The translations under genes and the position numbers were made by a program. Under the pieces are notes generated by a model, which had not been told where the DNA came from, did not search any database, and saw only the letters and a list, made by a program, of their open reading frames with translations. From positions 24,726 to 88,725 of IMG/VR virus record IMGVR_UViG_3300009285_003054: a stretch of DNA of 64,000 nt, one strand, 5' to 3'. Position 1 is the first letter of the stretch, and each line of letters opens with the position of its first letter. Origin of the DNA: a virus. Below are positions 45,143 to 55,153 of this stretch, in pieces.

Positions 45143-45164
45143 TGTGTTGTATAGGGTTTATCTA
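45129..45164. promoter_or_regulatory. Perfect 11-bp inverted repeat TAGATAAACCC-14 nt-GGGTTTATCTA over the endonuclease translation start
   Basis: Read directly. Confidence 0.7.
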
Positions 45165-45165
45165 A

Positions 45166-46410
45166 TCACAATAGACCCAAGGAGTTCAAGAATTGGATCA
45201 TCGTGGTGGAGGATTGTGATGACACTTTGAATACGGTGTTGTACAGGTGCCTCGCTCGTGTTGGTCGCGTGGCAACTACCCCTACTGGGCGGATGTGCCG
45301 TAAGAAGTCAGTCTTCACCGCAGTCAACTGATCCCGGAGTTCTGCCCGGTACCTCTCCAGCATAGACTCAATCCCGCCCGTCTGGTCTTGGTCCAACACT
45401 GTCTGCTGCCCGGAGAAGTTGAATGCTAGATCAACCGCGAGTCCTAGCTGCCCGCAATATACCCAGTACGCTGCCCCCAGGACTACGAATACACCCATTT
45501 GTTCGGGGCAGTTGACCACAGACCATGACGTAGTAGGAAAGGTCATATTGACCAGTTGAAGACCACGGAGAATACCGGAGAATACATCAGTATCTCGGAT
45601 AGCCTGTTTAGAGGAAGCACGTTTCTCTAGCTTGTCAACAATGAAACGGACATCCGGGACAAAGTTCAACGCTGATCGGCTAAGTACCTTGATGAACTGG
45701 TAGACTAGATCTCCGGGTTCACTGGCGGATTCCTGAATTGTCCAGAATACTTGCCAATCACCTTCGGTGAGATTGACCGTGGTGAACCCGGTGACTTTGC
45801 TATAGGGAATGTCGAGGTAGTAGATGTAGACACCATCCCCTGCCTGAGATTGCTTGATGTCGTAAGGTCCCGACCCCCCCCTGACCGTAGGCATGAGATA
45901 AGTGTCTTCTGCCGTCCCCAGAGGGATCTCTACCTCTACGTTGTAGAGTTCTACCAAGGATCGATACATGATACGCACACCCTTTCCCGAGATTACCACA
46001 TAGTAGCGTTCGGAATTGGTGGCTTTCACTACAGTCGGGTCGTGGACAGAAAACGTAGTCCTATAGACCTCGTGTCTGCCAGCAGCAGTGAGTATCTCCG
46101 CAGCAAACTGCCAAAACTCCCCAATACCAGTTAAGTCAGCGTCAATGGGTGTGGAAAATCGATAGACCCAGTATCCGGGGTTTTGACTGCTTTGCACCGC
46201 GGGAGGTGTGGCAGTTAGGTAGACTTCTCCGTCAGGATCATAAATTTGAATTCTGGGATAAATCGCAGAGTTCCCGGGAATGACTGGGACCAACCGAGCG
46301 TCATCCTGCCAGAAGCCAAATTCAAAGGCTTTCTCTACCCCTCGATACGCTACTTCCTGCGCATGGGATACATTGGTTTCTGTGCGGGGTTGGCTGGTGT
46401 TATTGGGCAT
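45166..46410 (-). CDS. Head-completion / neck protein
   Basis: C-terminal DLAFNFSGQQTVLDQDQTGGIESML resembles recalled jumbo-phage neck proteins. Structural context. Confidence 0.6.
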   Translation of the reverse strand: MPNNTSQPRTETNVSHAQEVAYRGVEKAFEFGFWQDDARLVPVIPGNSAIYPRIQIYDPDGEVYLTATPPAVQSSQNPGYWVYRFSTPIDADLTGIGEFWQFAAEILTAAGRHEVYRTTFSVHDPTVVKATNSERYYVVISGKGVRIMYRSLVELYNVEVEIPLGTAEDTYLMPTVRGGSGPYDIKQSQAGDGVYIYYLDIPYSKVTGFTTVNLTEGDWQVFWTIQESASEPGDLVYQFIKVLSRSALNFVPDVRFIVDKLEKRASSKQAIRDTDVFSGILRGLQLVNMTFPTTSWSVVNCPEQMGVFVVLGAAYWVYCGQLGLAVDLAFNFSGQQTVLDQDQTGGIESMLERYRAELRDQLTAVKTDFLRHIRPVGVVATRPTRARHLYNTVFKVSSQSSTTMIQFLNSLGLL

Positions 46411-46416
46411 AAGGAA

Positions 46417-47454
46417 TTACCTTCGGCTTCGGGTGTTGACTCTTTTGGTAGGAAAGTACTTTCGGACAAACTTCATGGTTTCTGGGCTGATCTCGATAGT
46501 AACCTCCTGATCATTCGGTGGGTGGAGGATCACCCCCGCATTGTGTAAGCTTGCCCGGAGTTGATCCCATATTCGATAGTCTTCAGTGTTCTTGTCTTGA
46601 CTGGATAGTAGTGGTATATCCCCAAACCCACTGTCATTTCCGCAGCCCCACACCAATAGGTCCCCGGCCATACCGCGCCGCGCATGGAACCGTACACTAT
46701 ACATCTTTTTCTTTGTCTTGTCGGTGCTGGTCTCTGGTACTGACATTGCAGGTAGCGACTGTAGGAACTGTATAACCTCGGGCGGTACAGTTGTCCACAC
46801 CAATGGCTGTTCTTCATTGGGTATATTTGTGTTGTATGGGAAGTATCGTGACCACTCTCGCGTGATGTCTTGTGGCCTTACCAATCGATAATTGGTGTCA
46901 GACAGGAGTTTCCAACTAATCTCGGATGCTGACTCGACAGCGTGATATTGATACTCAACGGTGGTGGGCTGTATCATTGATCTATATACGTTACGAATAA
47001 GTTGTGTCGGCACTGCAACTGTTCCGCTGTGATAAGTCACACCATTGAATACCTTCTCACTAAGAGTAGCCGCCTGTACTAGGCCCATAAACTCCGGGAT
47101 AACCATGTATCTGGGAATGATTAGCTTTCGGTGATTTGACCCTTTGTGGCGTTCGATTACAATCAGCGTATCTGGCCCTAGTGACACCCATACACGACTG
47201 TTGAATGCTTTTGGTAGTAGGTTGTCAGGATTGACTGGGTTTAGTTGCAACGGCGGCGGTTCAACTGGATGAAATTGACCGTCCAGCCGATCTGGATACT
47301 GCATACCCAACTCGTTACATAATGCACGCAGTACTGCCCGGACGCGACAAATAAGAGGTGCTACGTCCATTGTAGTACTCGATACACAAAGTACCCCAGA
47401 CTGCATCTGATCGAGTAATACCTGAAGCTGGGTTTTAGCTGTGTCTCTAGACAT
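46417..47454 (-). CDS. Hypothetical protein
   Basis: TAATG coupling with the SNF2 gene. Confidence 0.7.
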   Translation of the reverse strand: MSRDTAKTQLQVLLDQMQSGVLCVSSTTMDVAPLICRVRAVLRALCNELGMQYPDRLDGQFHPVEPPPLQLNPVNPDNLLPKAFNSRVWVSLGPDTLIVIERHKGSNHRKLIIPRYMVIPEFMGLVQAATLSEKVFNGVTYHSGTVAVPTQLIRNVYRSMIQPTTVEYQYHAVESASEISWKLLSDTNYRLVRPQDITREWSRYFPYNTNIPNEEQPLVWTTVPPEVIQFLQSLPAMSVPETSTDKTKKKMYSVRFHARRGMAGDLLVWGCGNDSGFGDIPLLSSQDKNTEDYRIWDQLRASLHNAGVILHPPNDQEVTIEISPETMKFVRKYFPTKRVNTRSRR

Positions 47455-50400
47455 TATGCTACCTCATCTGCATCCAACGAGTTGTAAATCTCTCGAAGCT
47501 TATCTATCACATTAGCAAGGGGGTCTTCCGGATTAGTTACTTTTGGGAGCGGTGGTAGTTTTGGACCTTTTTTTCCAGAAGTTGCTACCGGTTCCACAGG
47601 TGGTGGGGTTGTTTCTGGTTGTTTAATTACCCCCTTTGCGCCCCTCGCGTTTGCTAAGTACGCATCAACATCGGCCTTTGGTACACCCCGTTCACCCAAC
47701 TGCCACATTATCCCCGAGATGGCACTTACGCTCTCATGAGTTCCCGGTAGAGAGCGTGAGTATATGTCGATTTGTGTTCGGAGCAAAGCTGCATCCGCCT
47801 TGGGCATGTATATTGTTGTAGTGCCAATTTGAACTTTCTCGGTTTCTGGCTTACTATCAGGCTTTTCACTTGGTATCGGTTTGTCGATGCCTCTCACTGG
47901 CGCTGCCGAAGGAGTTGGGTGGGTAACCGGAGTTTTCTGTGGGCGCATTTTGAGACTCAAGTCAAAAGCGGGAACAAGTGAGAACGCTGTATCCAGCTCA
48001 GTTTTGAACTCGTCCCAATTCTGGACCTGATACCCACCGTCAGCCAACCTCTTGATAATCTTGCTAGCAGCATCCCGGTTCAAGCACTGCGCCCAGTAGG
48101 CCGAGTGCTGGACTTTGAATCTCGCACTTGGGCAAGCTTGGAGTACAGCATTGGATTCCATTTTCCTAATGGCTGCATATGTGTCCGAACCAATCTGGAG
48201 AACGTGGAGGATAGGCTTGACTTTCCCTGAACGTTTCTTGAGAATCCTCATCTCCCCTAATTGTTCTCTGGCCCGGGTAGCGTGAGATTTGAGTTTCATG
48301 TCTTTAAGGACACGCCGAATCTCACCATCCCAGGAATCGGGATTCTTGGGGACAATCCCGTGTGTCCCCAAGTCTTTGAGGATGCGCTTTGCGTCGGTGA
48401 TGTTCGCGAGTTTGCGCATCACTAATGCGTTGAAGAAACGGAATCCAAACCGGCGGAGTTTGACTCGGTCATCTTCATCACTTCCAACAGCTAGATAAGT
48501 GATTCCGTTGAACGTAACCACATGCAAGTTCTCTATCACTGTATCTGGATAGGAAGTTTCATCTTCGGGGGAGGGGGTAGTTGGAGATTCCTCTGGACTT
48601 GGCTCCGGTGGCACAGCGTCTACTGGGGTACTTGCAGAGTCCATCATCAATTCCGACTGATGGGCTTGCTTCCAGTTCCAAGAGTAGTCATCGGGCATTT
48701 CCTCATCAAAGGAATGAGATATCTCCTGGAATCTCGTTAAGACACTCTCGGGAATAGCCAATTCAGGAAGGATGTCCTTGTTACTCCGGATGGTCTTGAT
48801 CTCAAGCCCCTCGTCATCCACATTCCTAATATCCCCAAGCAGTGTTTCCTTTGAGTCCTGATCGAAATGGTATCGCAGCGTATACTCAAACTTAGGTCGT
48901 CCCTTAGCATCACCCAAGTTTCGCCGATATATAACATATGCCTCGTGGCGCCCACCGTCGTATTCGGAGTTGTATCCACAATCATGCACTGCCACTAGCT
49001 CCCATGGCTCTTTGACTTTCTCAGTCCGTGGTGGATCAGTCGGCGTTTCTTGCTGTGGTGTAGGTTCTGGCTTTTGCTCTGGGGTAACCGGAGCAGACTT
49101 GGGTATCGGAGGTGCAGTTGTCACTGGCTTTGTGGCTTCTGGAGTAGTAGGTACGTTAGGAGTTCCCGCTGGAACCAAAAAATTTGGATCTGAACCAGTA
49201 GGGATAGCCTGTTCCAACTCGCCATCCTTTCCATATACTCCTGAATGGTACGCCTTTCCGTCTTTGAACTTGGTCATTTCAAAGTGTGAGTACCCGGTTT
49301 CGTGAACCAAGGCAATCCATTCCGCCAGTCGGCTTGGGGCTTTACGAGTGAAGTATGTGTCACCATCTGAATCCACATACTTGAGACCCAATGACCTAGC
49401 GTCACCATCATTTTGGATGACCTCCATGAGCCAGTCGTCATCAACCACAATGTACGGTGGCGGACCATTCCTCTTGGCACTCTCATAGAACTTGCATCGG
49501 AATGGTGCCGTAATATCCTCTTGTGCGTACTCGGGGAGGTACCCCAAGATCTTCCGAGACCCGGGCACTGGGCTTCCAGCACGTTGTAGCATCTCGTGAC
49601 CCAGTTCGACCGACAAGCGTTTACTGTCTTCCATGTCGTAATCATATTGAGCGTCATATCTCTCAATGTACGACCCGATCTGATTCAACTCAAGGATAGC
49701 TGCGGGGTTGACTTCTGGATGCCCCAGATCATTGATCGAAGCAGGGGAGAGTACTTCAGGGGTCATGATAATAGGATCCAGCTCCACATCATCACTGAAA
49801 TCCGAGTTGACCTTCCGCATATAGTGGTACTTGCACAATAATCTGCCATATTTGGCCACCTCGCCTGTACCCTCTGTTACGATTGCGTGAATGAATACCT
49901 TGGTTGCTTTGGAACCTGGGCGAAAAACCCGCCCGTACACCTGCTCTGTTGGCCCCGGGGACCAAAGAATGTCAGCCCTAATAACGCAATTAGCAAACTG
50001 TAGATTGTGCCCCTCTCGCAAGGACTTGTCCACAGCGCACAGCACCTTGACGCTAGGATCATGTCGGAATGCATCCAGGGATGCCTGCATCCCTGCCTCG
50101 TAGTACACGAGATTCGTGGCGCCAATGGTGGTACTGAACTTGGGAAGCCACTGTTTGAAGTGTTCAGCGCTCTCGCGGTGCTGAACAAAGAGGATGACCT
50201 TCCCGATACTTCCGTCGGACATCTTACTGTCTTCGGAACTGAAATGCTCATCGATTATCTCGGCAGCTTTCCTAACCTTGGGACTTACGGCATCCTCTGG
50301 TTTCATCTTGGAAATGATTTTCCTGATTCTCAGAAACTCTGTGGGTATTTTACTCAATCTCGATACGGACTCCATTTCTCCGGTTGTCTTGTTCCTTTCC

Positions 50401-53015
50401 CGTCCTTCCAACTGCCCACCAATGGTGGCAGTAGGACATGTAAGGTACTGATCGAGGACCAAGATCTTCAACAGCAACGCTGCTTCCCCTGACCCCTCTT
50501 CTGCTTCGTCCAGCTCGTCGGTAGCCCCCTGTGAGCTGTTCCATACGGCAGCTATCTTAGCGTCATAGAACGGATTATCTGGGTTCTGTAGCTGGTCCAG
50601 GATCTCCTTCCAGATCGCGTTGTAGAACTTTTGGAGAGTGGGGGAGAGTCGAACAGCATGTCTACGTTCAATCCGCTCAGGCAGCATGTACATCCAGTAC
50701 TGGCGTCGCATGGAGATCATGCCCAAATCACGGATAAGATCTCCTCGGATGTTTTTCAACGATTCAGTGGAATAGGCTATTACACTACCACCTTCAGTTT
50801 CGAGATCATATCGAGAGCAGAAGTCTTCCCATGTCCCGAAGAATGTGGGATCCAGAAATTTCAGTTGCCCAAAAATATCCCCGGGAGTATTCGGGAACAC
50901 TGTCCCTGAGCCAATACGCCGCACGGCAGCGCTGGACATTGCGCAACATGCGGAGTTGACATCACTGTCGGGATTCTTTATCCGATGGCTCTCGTCCAGA
51001 GTCACCATGTCTACTCCGCACTCTTCTACCAACCAGGTCCCCTTCCAAAACACTTTTTCAAACTTTGGTTGACCCGCTTTTTTTCCCCGAGTATAGACCT
51101 TTCCTGTGTCGATCAATATGGGTTTGTACGCCAACCATGAGTATGAAATCAAGATGATCGTATTTGGTGGGGCTGCGGTAATGATATCACGAACGGTATC
51201 TTTGACATCATCTTCCCCGTTGTCCCATGCTTTCCATGACTGCGAGGTAATTGCAATCACGTTGATGTCGCTGCCGAACTTATGGAGGATCTCATCCACT
51301 TGCTGAGCAATGGTGTTCCCGGGCATAATCACAGCGGGGCGTTTAGCTCCCCCAGCTTGCACCATCAACATGGCGTCTATGATACAGTTCAGCACCGTCT
51401 TCCCACCGCCCATATCCATATCAATAATGGCAACATCGGGGGAATTTGCAAGATGTGCAGCCGCAAGGGCTTGGTGCGGGAACAATTCGACGCCTTTCCC
51501 CAAATGAGGGATAGGTGGGCAATCTTCTGGTTTTAGACCAGAATGTTTTCTGATAAGATCATCCCGCTCATATTTGAACTGCTCGTACTTATGTCCCTCT
51601 GATACCGCTAGCCGAGCGGCTACGTAGAAGTCATCTGACCAGAAAGCGGAAGCAATGAATGCGTCCCCTCGATTCTCACGATGCGAGTCTCCACCCGAGA
51701 AGTGGTCATCTTGAGTTTCGGTGGCCACCTGAAGGCCATCTTTGAAATGGGGGATGCTCGCAGCTTCTCTAGCAGGGAGCCACGGTGGGATCTTCTTTGT
51801 TATATGGGTCTTTGCGTCAAATTCCTGTGTGAGTTGGGTAGGAAGAGTTCTCCCTGCCAATATATTGTCGCCGTTCTCTACACCATCTCCAGCATAATAC
51901 CCATGATCAGCACAGTACTTAACTCGAGCACGATATTGATCGGCTATGCGCAGTAACTCTTGTCTCTCCACTACCCTGTTTTCCACCCATTTCTGAGCCT
52001 CTGGGCTTAACGGTTGTGTTCCAGTCATTTCTCCTTCAATTTGATTCAATTCCCGTACTCTATCAGTATCCCCGCTGTTCTGAGCATTACTTTTCATTGC
52101 CCAGACATCCCCTTCCCCGGGGATGCCGTAGACATCTTGAAGGAAGATGTCTCGATCAATGATGGGGATTTCTGGCTTTCTACGAAATCCCCACTTATCG
52201 GAAGTAGATACCTGAGTTTGGAAGCTCTGGTACACTTGGGTGGTATAGTCTGGATAGCCCACACCATTTCCGCCAGCTACTAGATCTGCAACGTCGTCGG
52301 GGATAGTGCATGCACGATCGAGCAGCTTGATCTTGTCTATCGTGCGTATTGGTTGGATTGATTCAAGAATTAGTTTACTACGCTTTCCATCGGTGTTGTA
52401 GTATTCAATCAACCGATCGGCAAGGCTGATCCGGAAGATTCGATTGGCAAATGTGTGAATTGGGTTCTTTGGTGGTTCATACCTCTGCTCCGTAGGTTTC
52501 CCCATCTTCTCGAAAAGCTTCTGTCTTTCCGCATCAATGATCTTTCTCCACTTCGATTTAACCGCATCTCTCTCAGCCCAGCCCAAATTACCTTGTTGTA
52601 TTTCTCTTTCCTGGTCCTTCCGTCTGTCGCGCTCGAGTGTAGACAATGCTTCGTTATAATCCTGCCACAACCTCAACTTGGTCAAATAATCCGGTGTATT
52701 GTACGCACCTGGATATGTGTAATCTCCTCGATCACGCATAGCAATCCATTTTTCGTACTGATGATCAGCCTCGTCAGCTTCATGGGTTATGTCGAATTCT
52801 CGTTCGATATAGATGTATCGTGGATTCTTCCCGTGTGCAAACTTGAAGTACCCAGGTAGGCTACGGGCCAGCACACTGGCTAGGAGTACGCTCACAGAAG
52901 GATTGCGCAGTTCTATTGTCGGGTAAGTGTTCTTCAATACCGATGAAGCCATGATTTGCTCCGAGTTGAAATTAGCTGAGTCAGCTACTTTAGAGGTTTC
53001 CTTTGTCGGGTTCAA
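47454..53015 (-). CDS. Giant SNF2-family (SF2) helicase
   Basis: LFPHQ, DMGGGKT, LDESHRIKN, SGTVFPN, KVILFVQ and EGHNLQ...W.PG..EQVYGRVFR motifs, with long N- and C-terminal extensions. Annotated start is TTG. Confidence 0.9.
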   Translation of the reverse strand: MNPTKETSKVADSANFNSEQIMASSVLKNTYPTIELRNPSVSVLLASVLARSLPGYFKFAHGKNPRYIYIEREFDITHEADEADHQYEKWIAMRDRGDYTYPGAYNTPDYLTKLRLWQDYNEALSTLERDRRKDQEREIQQGNLGWAERDAVKSKWRKIIDAERQKLFEKMGKPTEQRYEPPKNPIHTFANRIFRISLADRLIEYYNTDGKRSKLILESIQPIRTIDKIKLLDRACTIPDDVADLVAGGNGVGYPDYTTQVYQSFQTQVSTSDKWGFRRKPEIPIIDRDIFLQDVYGIPGEGDVWAMKSNAQNSGDTDRVRELNQIEGEMTGTQPLSPEAQKWVENRVVERQELLRIADQYRARVKYCADHGYYAGDGVENGDNILAGRTLPTQLTQEFDAKTHITKKIPPWLPAREAASIPHFKDGLQVATETQDDHFSGGDSHRENRGDAFIASAFWSDDFYVAARLAVSEGHKYEQFKYERDDLIRKHSGLKPEDCPPIPHLGKGVELFPHQALAAAHLANSPDVAIIDMDMGGGKTVLNCIIDAMLMVQAGGAKRPAVIMPGNTIAQQVDEILHKFGSDINVIAITSQSWKAWDNGEDDVKDTVRDIITAAPPNTIILISYSWLAYKPILIDTGKVYTRGKKAGQPKFEKVFWKGTWLVEECGVDMVTLDESHRIKNPDSDVNSACCAMSSAAVRRIGSGTVFPNTPGDIFGQLKFLDPTFFGTWEDFCSRYDLETEGGSVIAYSTESLKNIRGDLIRDLGMISMRRQYWMYMLPERIERRHAVRLSPTLQKFYNAIWKEILDQLQNPDNPFYDAKIAAVWNSSQGATDELDEAEEGSGEAALLLKILVLDQYLTCPTATIGGQLEGRERNKTTGEMESVSRLSKIPTEFLRIRKIISKMKPEDAVSPKVRKAAEIIDEHFSSEDSKMSDGSIGKVILFVQHRESAEHFKQWLPKFSTTIGATNLVYYEAGMQASLDAFRHDPSVKVLCAVDKSLREGHNLQFANCVIRADILWSPGPTEQVYGRVFRPGSKATKVFIHAIVTEGTGEVAKYGRLLCKYHYMRKVNSDFSDDVELDPIIMTPEVLSPASINDLGHPEVNPAAILELNQIGSYIERYDAQYDYDMEDSKRLSVELGHEMLQRAGSPVPGSRKILGYLPEYAQEDITAPFRCKFYESAKRNGPPPYIVVDDDWLMEVIQNDGDARSLGLKYVDSDGDTYFTRKAPSRLAEWIALVHETGYSHFEMTKFKDGKAYHSGVYGKDGELEQAIPTGSDPNFLVPAGTPNVPTTPEATKPVTTAPPIPKSAPVTPEQKPEPTPQQETPTDPPRTEKVKEPWELVAVHDCGYNSEYDGGRHEAYVIYRRNLGDAKGRPKFEYTLRYHFDQDSKETLLGDIRNVDDEGLEIKTIRSNKDILPELAIPESVLTRFQEISHSFDEEMPDDYSWNWKQAHQSELMMDSASTPVDAVPPEPSPEESPTTPSPEDETSYPDTVIENLHVVTFNGITYLAVGSDEDDRVKLRRFGFRFFNALVMRKLANITDAKRILKDLGTHGIVPKNPDSWDGEIRRVLKDMKLKSHATRAREQLGEMRILKKRSGKVKPILHVLQIGSDTYAAIRKMESNAVLQACPSARFKVQHSAYWAQCLNRDAASKIIKRLADGGYQVQNWDEFKTELDTAFSLVPAFDLSLKMRPQKTPVTHPTPSAAPVRGIDKPIPSEKPDSKPETEKVQIGTTTIYMPKADAALLRTQIDIYSRSLPGTHESVSAISGIMWQLGERGVPKADVDAYLANARGAKGVIKQPETTPPPVEPVATSGKKGPKLPPLPKVTNPEDPLANVIDKLREIYNSLDADEVA

Positions 53016-53325
53016 TAGCGCATGTGGGGTGTGTGTCTACGGTATCCTCATCTCCTCCCAGGATATCATCCCCCATTCCGAATGCATCTTTCGCACGTTC
53101 GGAATAGTATTCAGGACGAGATACTATATCATTCCAGAAAGGTGGCATAGTTAGATTGAATTCGCTACCTTTCTGGATCAATAGTGTAACTACAGTTTGT
53201 CTGTCAGTTTCACTCAAGCGGAGCAATTCTGGTAGGGTCCAACGAACCATCTCAGAAATGACATGGTTTCGATCAGTAAGAATCAGTGCGGACGAGATGT
53301 CTTTTATATGTGACTTGGGTTTCAT
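52990..53325 (-). CDS. Hypothetical protein
   Basis: AGGAG RBS. Confidence 0.65.
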   Translation of the reverse strand: MKPKSHIKDISSALILTDRNHVISEMVRWTLPELLRLSETDRQTVVTLLIQKGSEFNLTMPPFWNDIVSRPEYYSERAKDAFGMGDDILGGDEDTVDTHPTCAIEPDKGNL

Positions 53326-53339
53326 CTTTTTCTCCTGTG

Positions 53340-54104
53340 CTACACACCACTCCGACCAAAATTGGCACCCAGATGCACACGGAGAGTATCACCCGCAATG
53401 CCTGTTACCACCGGATGAATCCACGCCGAGCTTGGTAACATTTCAATTCTCCTACCCACTACATTGGCTTCGGTTGAATCGAGGTAAACTGCTGAAGTAA
53501 TGGGATTGAATGCGTAGAGACTCAACCCAATCACCGATGCACCTACGCTCCTGGATACCTCAATTACCAAGGTATTCAACCCCGAGAGACCTCCTTGCTG
53601 TGGGATGTAGATGAATCGATCTGAGTCTGCAGCAGGTAATGCTGGGTCGGCAATGATATCCTTGTATAGTATTCGTGGTTCAATGCAGAACCTTGTGATC
53701 TCTGACCCTGTAAGGACAAAACCGTCTGCGTAGCCCCAAGCTGCTGGGTCGTTCGAGGGTATCCCTGCGATTTCGGAGAGTTCTCTTCCAGCATTCACTA
53801 CCTTGGCTGTCATTGCTCCGACATTTACATACTCAGAGAGCTCCCTTCGTGTACGCTCCCCTAACAACCAGAGTTGTTCCAATGGAACCGTGAGACCCCC
53901 ACGTCCGACCCAGAGAGATTTGGAATCCCGCACGAGCCCCATTCGGCGTTGTGACCTGACTGCACCCTCCACGTACACTCCAGCCGCGGTCTCGTCTTTT
54001 CCAATACCAAGAGCTAACGACCGTCGGGCTTGTGCGCTTAGTGCCACGAATTGAGCATACGCATAATTTATTTCGAGTTTGATATACGAGGTTTCCAGTG
54101 CCAT
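53340..54104 (-). CDS. Probable structural protein
   Basis: GAGGAG RBS; structural context. Confidence 0.6.
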   Translation of the reverse strand: MALETSYIKLEINYAYAQFVALSAQARRSLALGIGKDETAAGVYVEGAVRSQRRMGLVRDSKSLWVGRGGLTVPLEQLWLLGERTRRELSEYVNVGAMTAKVVNAGRELSEIAGIPSNDPAAWGYADGFVLTGSEITRFCIEPRILYKDIIADPALPAADSDRFIYIPQQGGLSGLNTLVIEVSRSVGASVIGLSLYAFNPITSAVYLDSTEANVVGRRIEMLPSSAWIHPVVTGIAGDTLRVHLGANFGRSGV

Positions 54105-54115
54105 GCATCTCTCCT

Positions 54116-55072
54116 CTAGGGGACCTTTGTATATGGTTCATAAGGCTGTACCAGCCGAGAAGTGCCATCATACCCTACCAGATGGCCCGCTGGTTTGAAA
54201 GGCTCTAGCGTGGTAAGTTTCCACCGTGTAGCATCTCGCACACGCACAAAGAAATCTTTGACACCAAGGTCCCGAAGTTTGGTGCCAAAAACCATCTGCA
54301 ACGTTTGCCACGAGTCATAAAGGCCCATGTCGCCGAGGGTGATGGATTGACTATCCTTAGGGATGTCAACTGGTACAGTGATTTCTGTACGTGTACGATA
54401 GCGCACATGAAAGAATGTCACCTTCGGATTCTTTCCCTTAGGGGATCTCCCCATGAGTATCCGAAAAACTAAGGTGGTTGGGAGACCGGATGAATCAAGT
54501 AACCTACTCTCCACTGCGTCTTTTCCCACTACCTCCGTAAAGGTAGACTCGGTGCTCTTCCGAACATAGAGAGTGATACGAGTTCCGACGGGTTGGTACG
54601 CACCAAGCTTCATCATGTCAATCAGCCCGATATTGGGTTGAATTTGTACCGTCCAGTCTATCCACCCTCGGACGGCATTGTTGATCAGGGTGAAGCTCTG
54701 TGGGCGTGTCTGTGCGTCAAAATCGGGGGCAACGTTCACGGTATTGCATGTGGTGCTGCAGTCTAAGCAATCCCAAACACACCCGTATTTCTTATACCCA
54801 GTAGGGATGCCCACACCATAACATACCGGACAGTCAAAGTCTTGTTCGGACTCTACCTCGGTCCAACATGTGCACACTCGACCGAACTTTATGCGACTAA
54901 AGTACAGAAAATCCACTGGATCGGTAGCTACTGAGATTCGGTGGTGTTCTGATACCCGAGGAATGAGATCTTCGCGAATGTGTGTAGTTACCACGTCTTC
55001 CAGGTGGTCAATACGTGTAGAGGTACGTCGCTCAATGCTTATCTCATCACGTCCTCCGAATATGGTAGCCAT
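54116..55072 (-). CDS. Probable head-tail joining protein with zinc motif
   Basis: CTCW...CPVCYGVG...GY.KYG pattern recalled from jumbo-phage neck/stopper proteins. Confidence 0.55.
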   Translation of the reverse strand: MATIFGGRDEISIERRTSTRIDHLEDVVTTHIREDLIPRVSEHHRISVATDPVDFLYFSRIKFGRVCTCWTEVESEQDFDCPVCYGVGIPTGYKKYGCVWDCLDCSTTCNTVNVAPDFDAQTRPQSFTLINNAVRGWIDWTVQIQPNIGLIDMMKLGAYQPVGTRITLYVRKSTESTFTEVVGKDAVESRLLDSSGLPTTLVFRILMGRSPKGKNPKVTFFHVRYRTRTEITVPVDIPKDSQSITLGDMGLYDSWQTLQMVFGTKLRDLGVKDFFVRVRDATRWKLTTLEPFKPAGHLVGYDGTSRLVQPYEPYTKVP

Positions 55073-55109
55073 ACCATTCCGCCTTTTACTGGATGTTCAT
55101 AGAAAACCT

Positions 55110-55133
55110 AGTAGAAAACCTAGACTCGGTATG
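55110..55133. repeat. 12-bp tandem direct repeat TAGAAAACCTAG x2
   Basis: Read directly; intergenic. Confidence 0.8.
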
Positions 55134-55153
55134 GCAGGAATGTACGGCTAATG

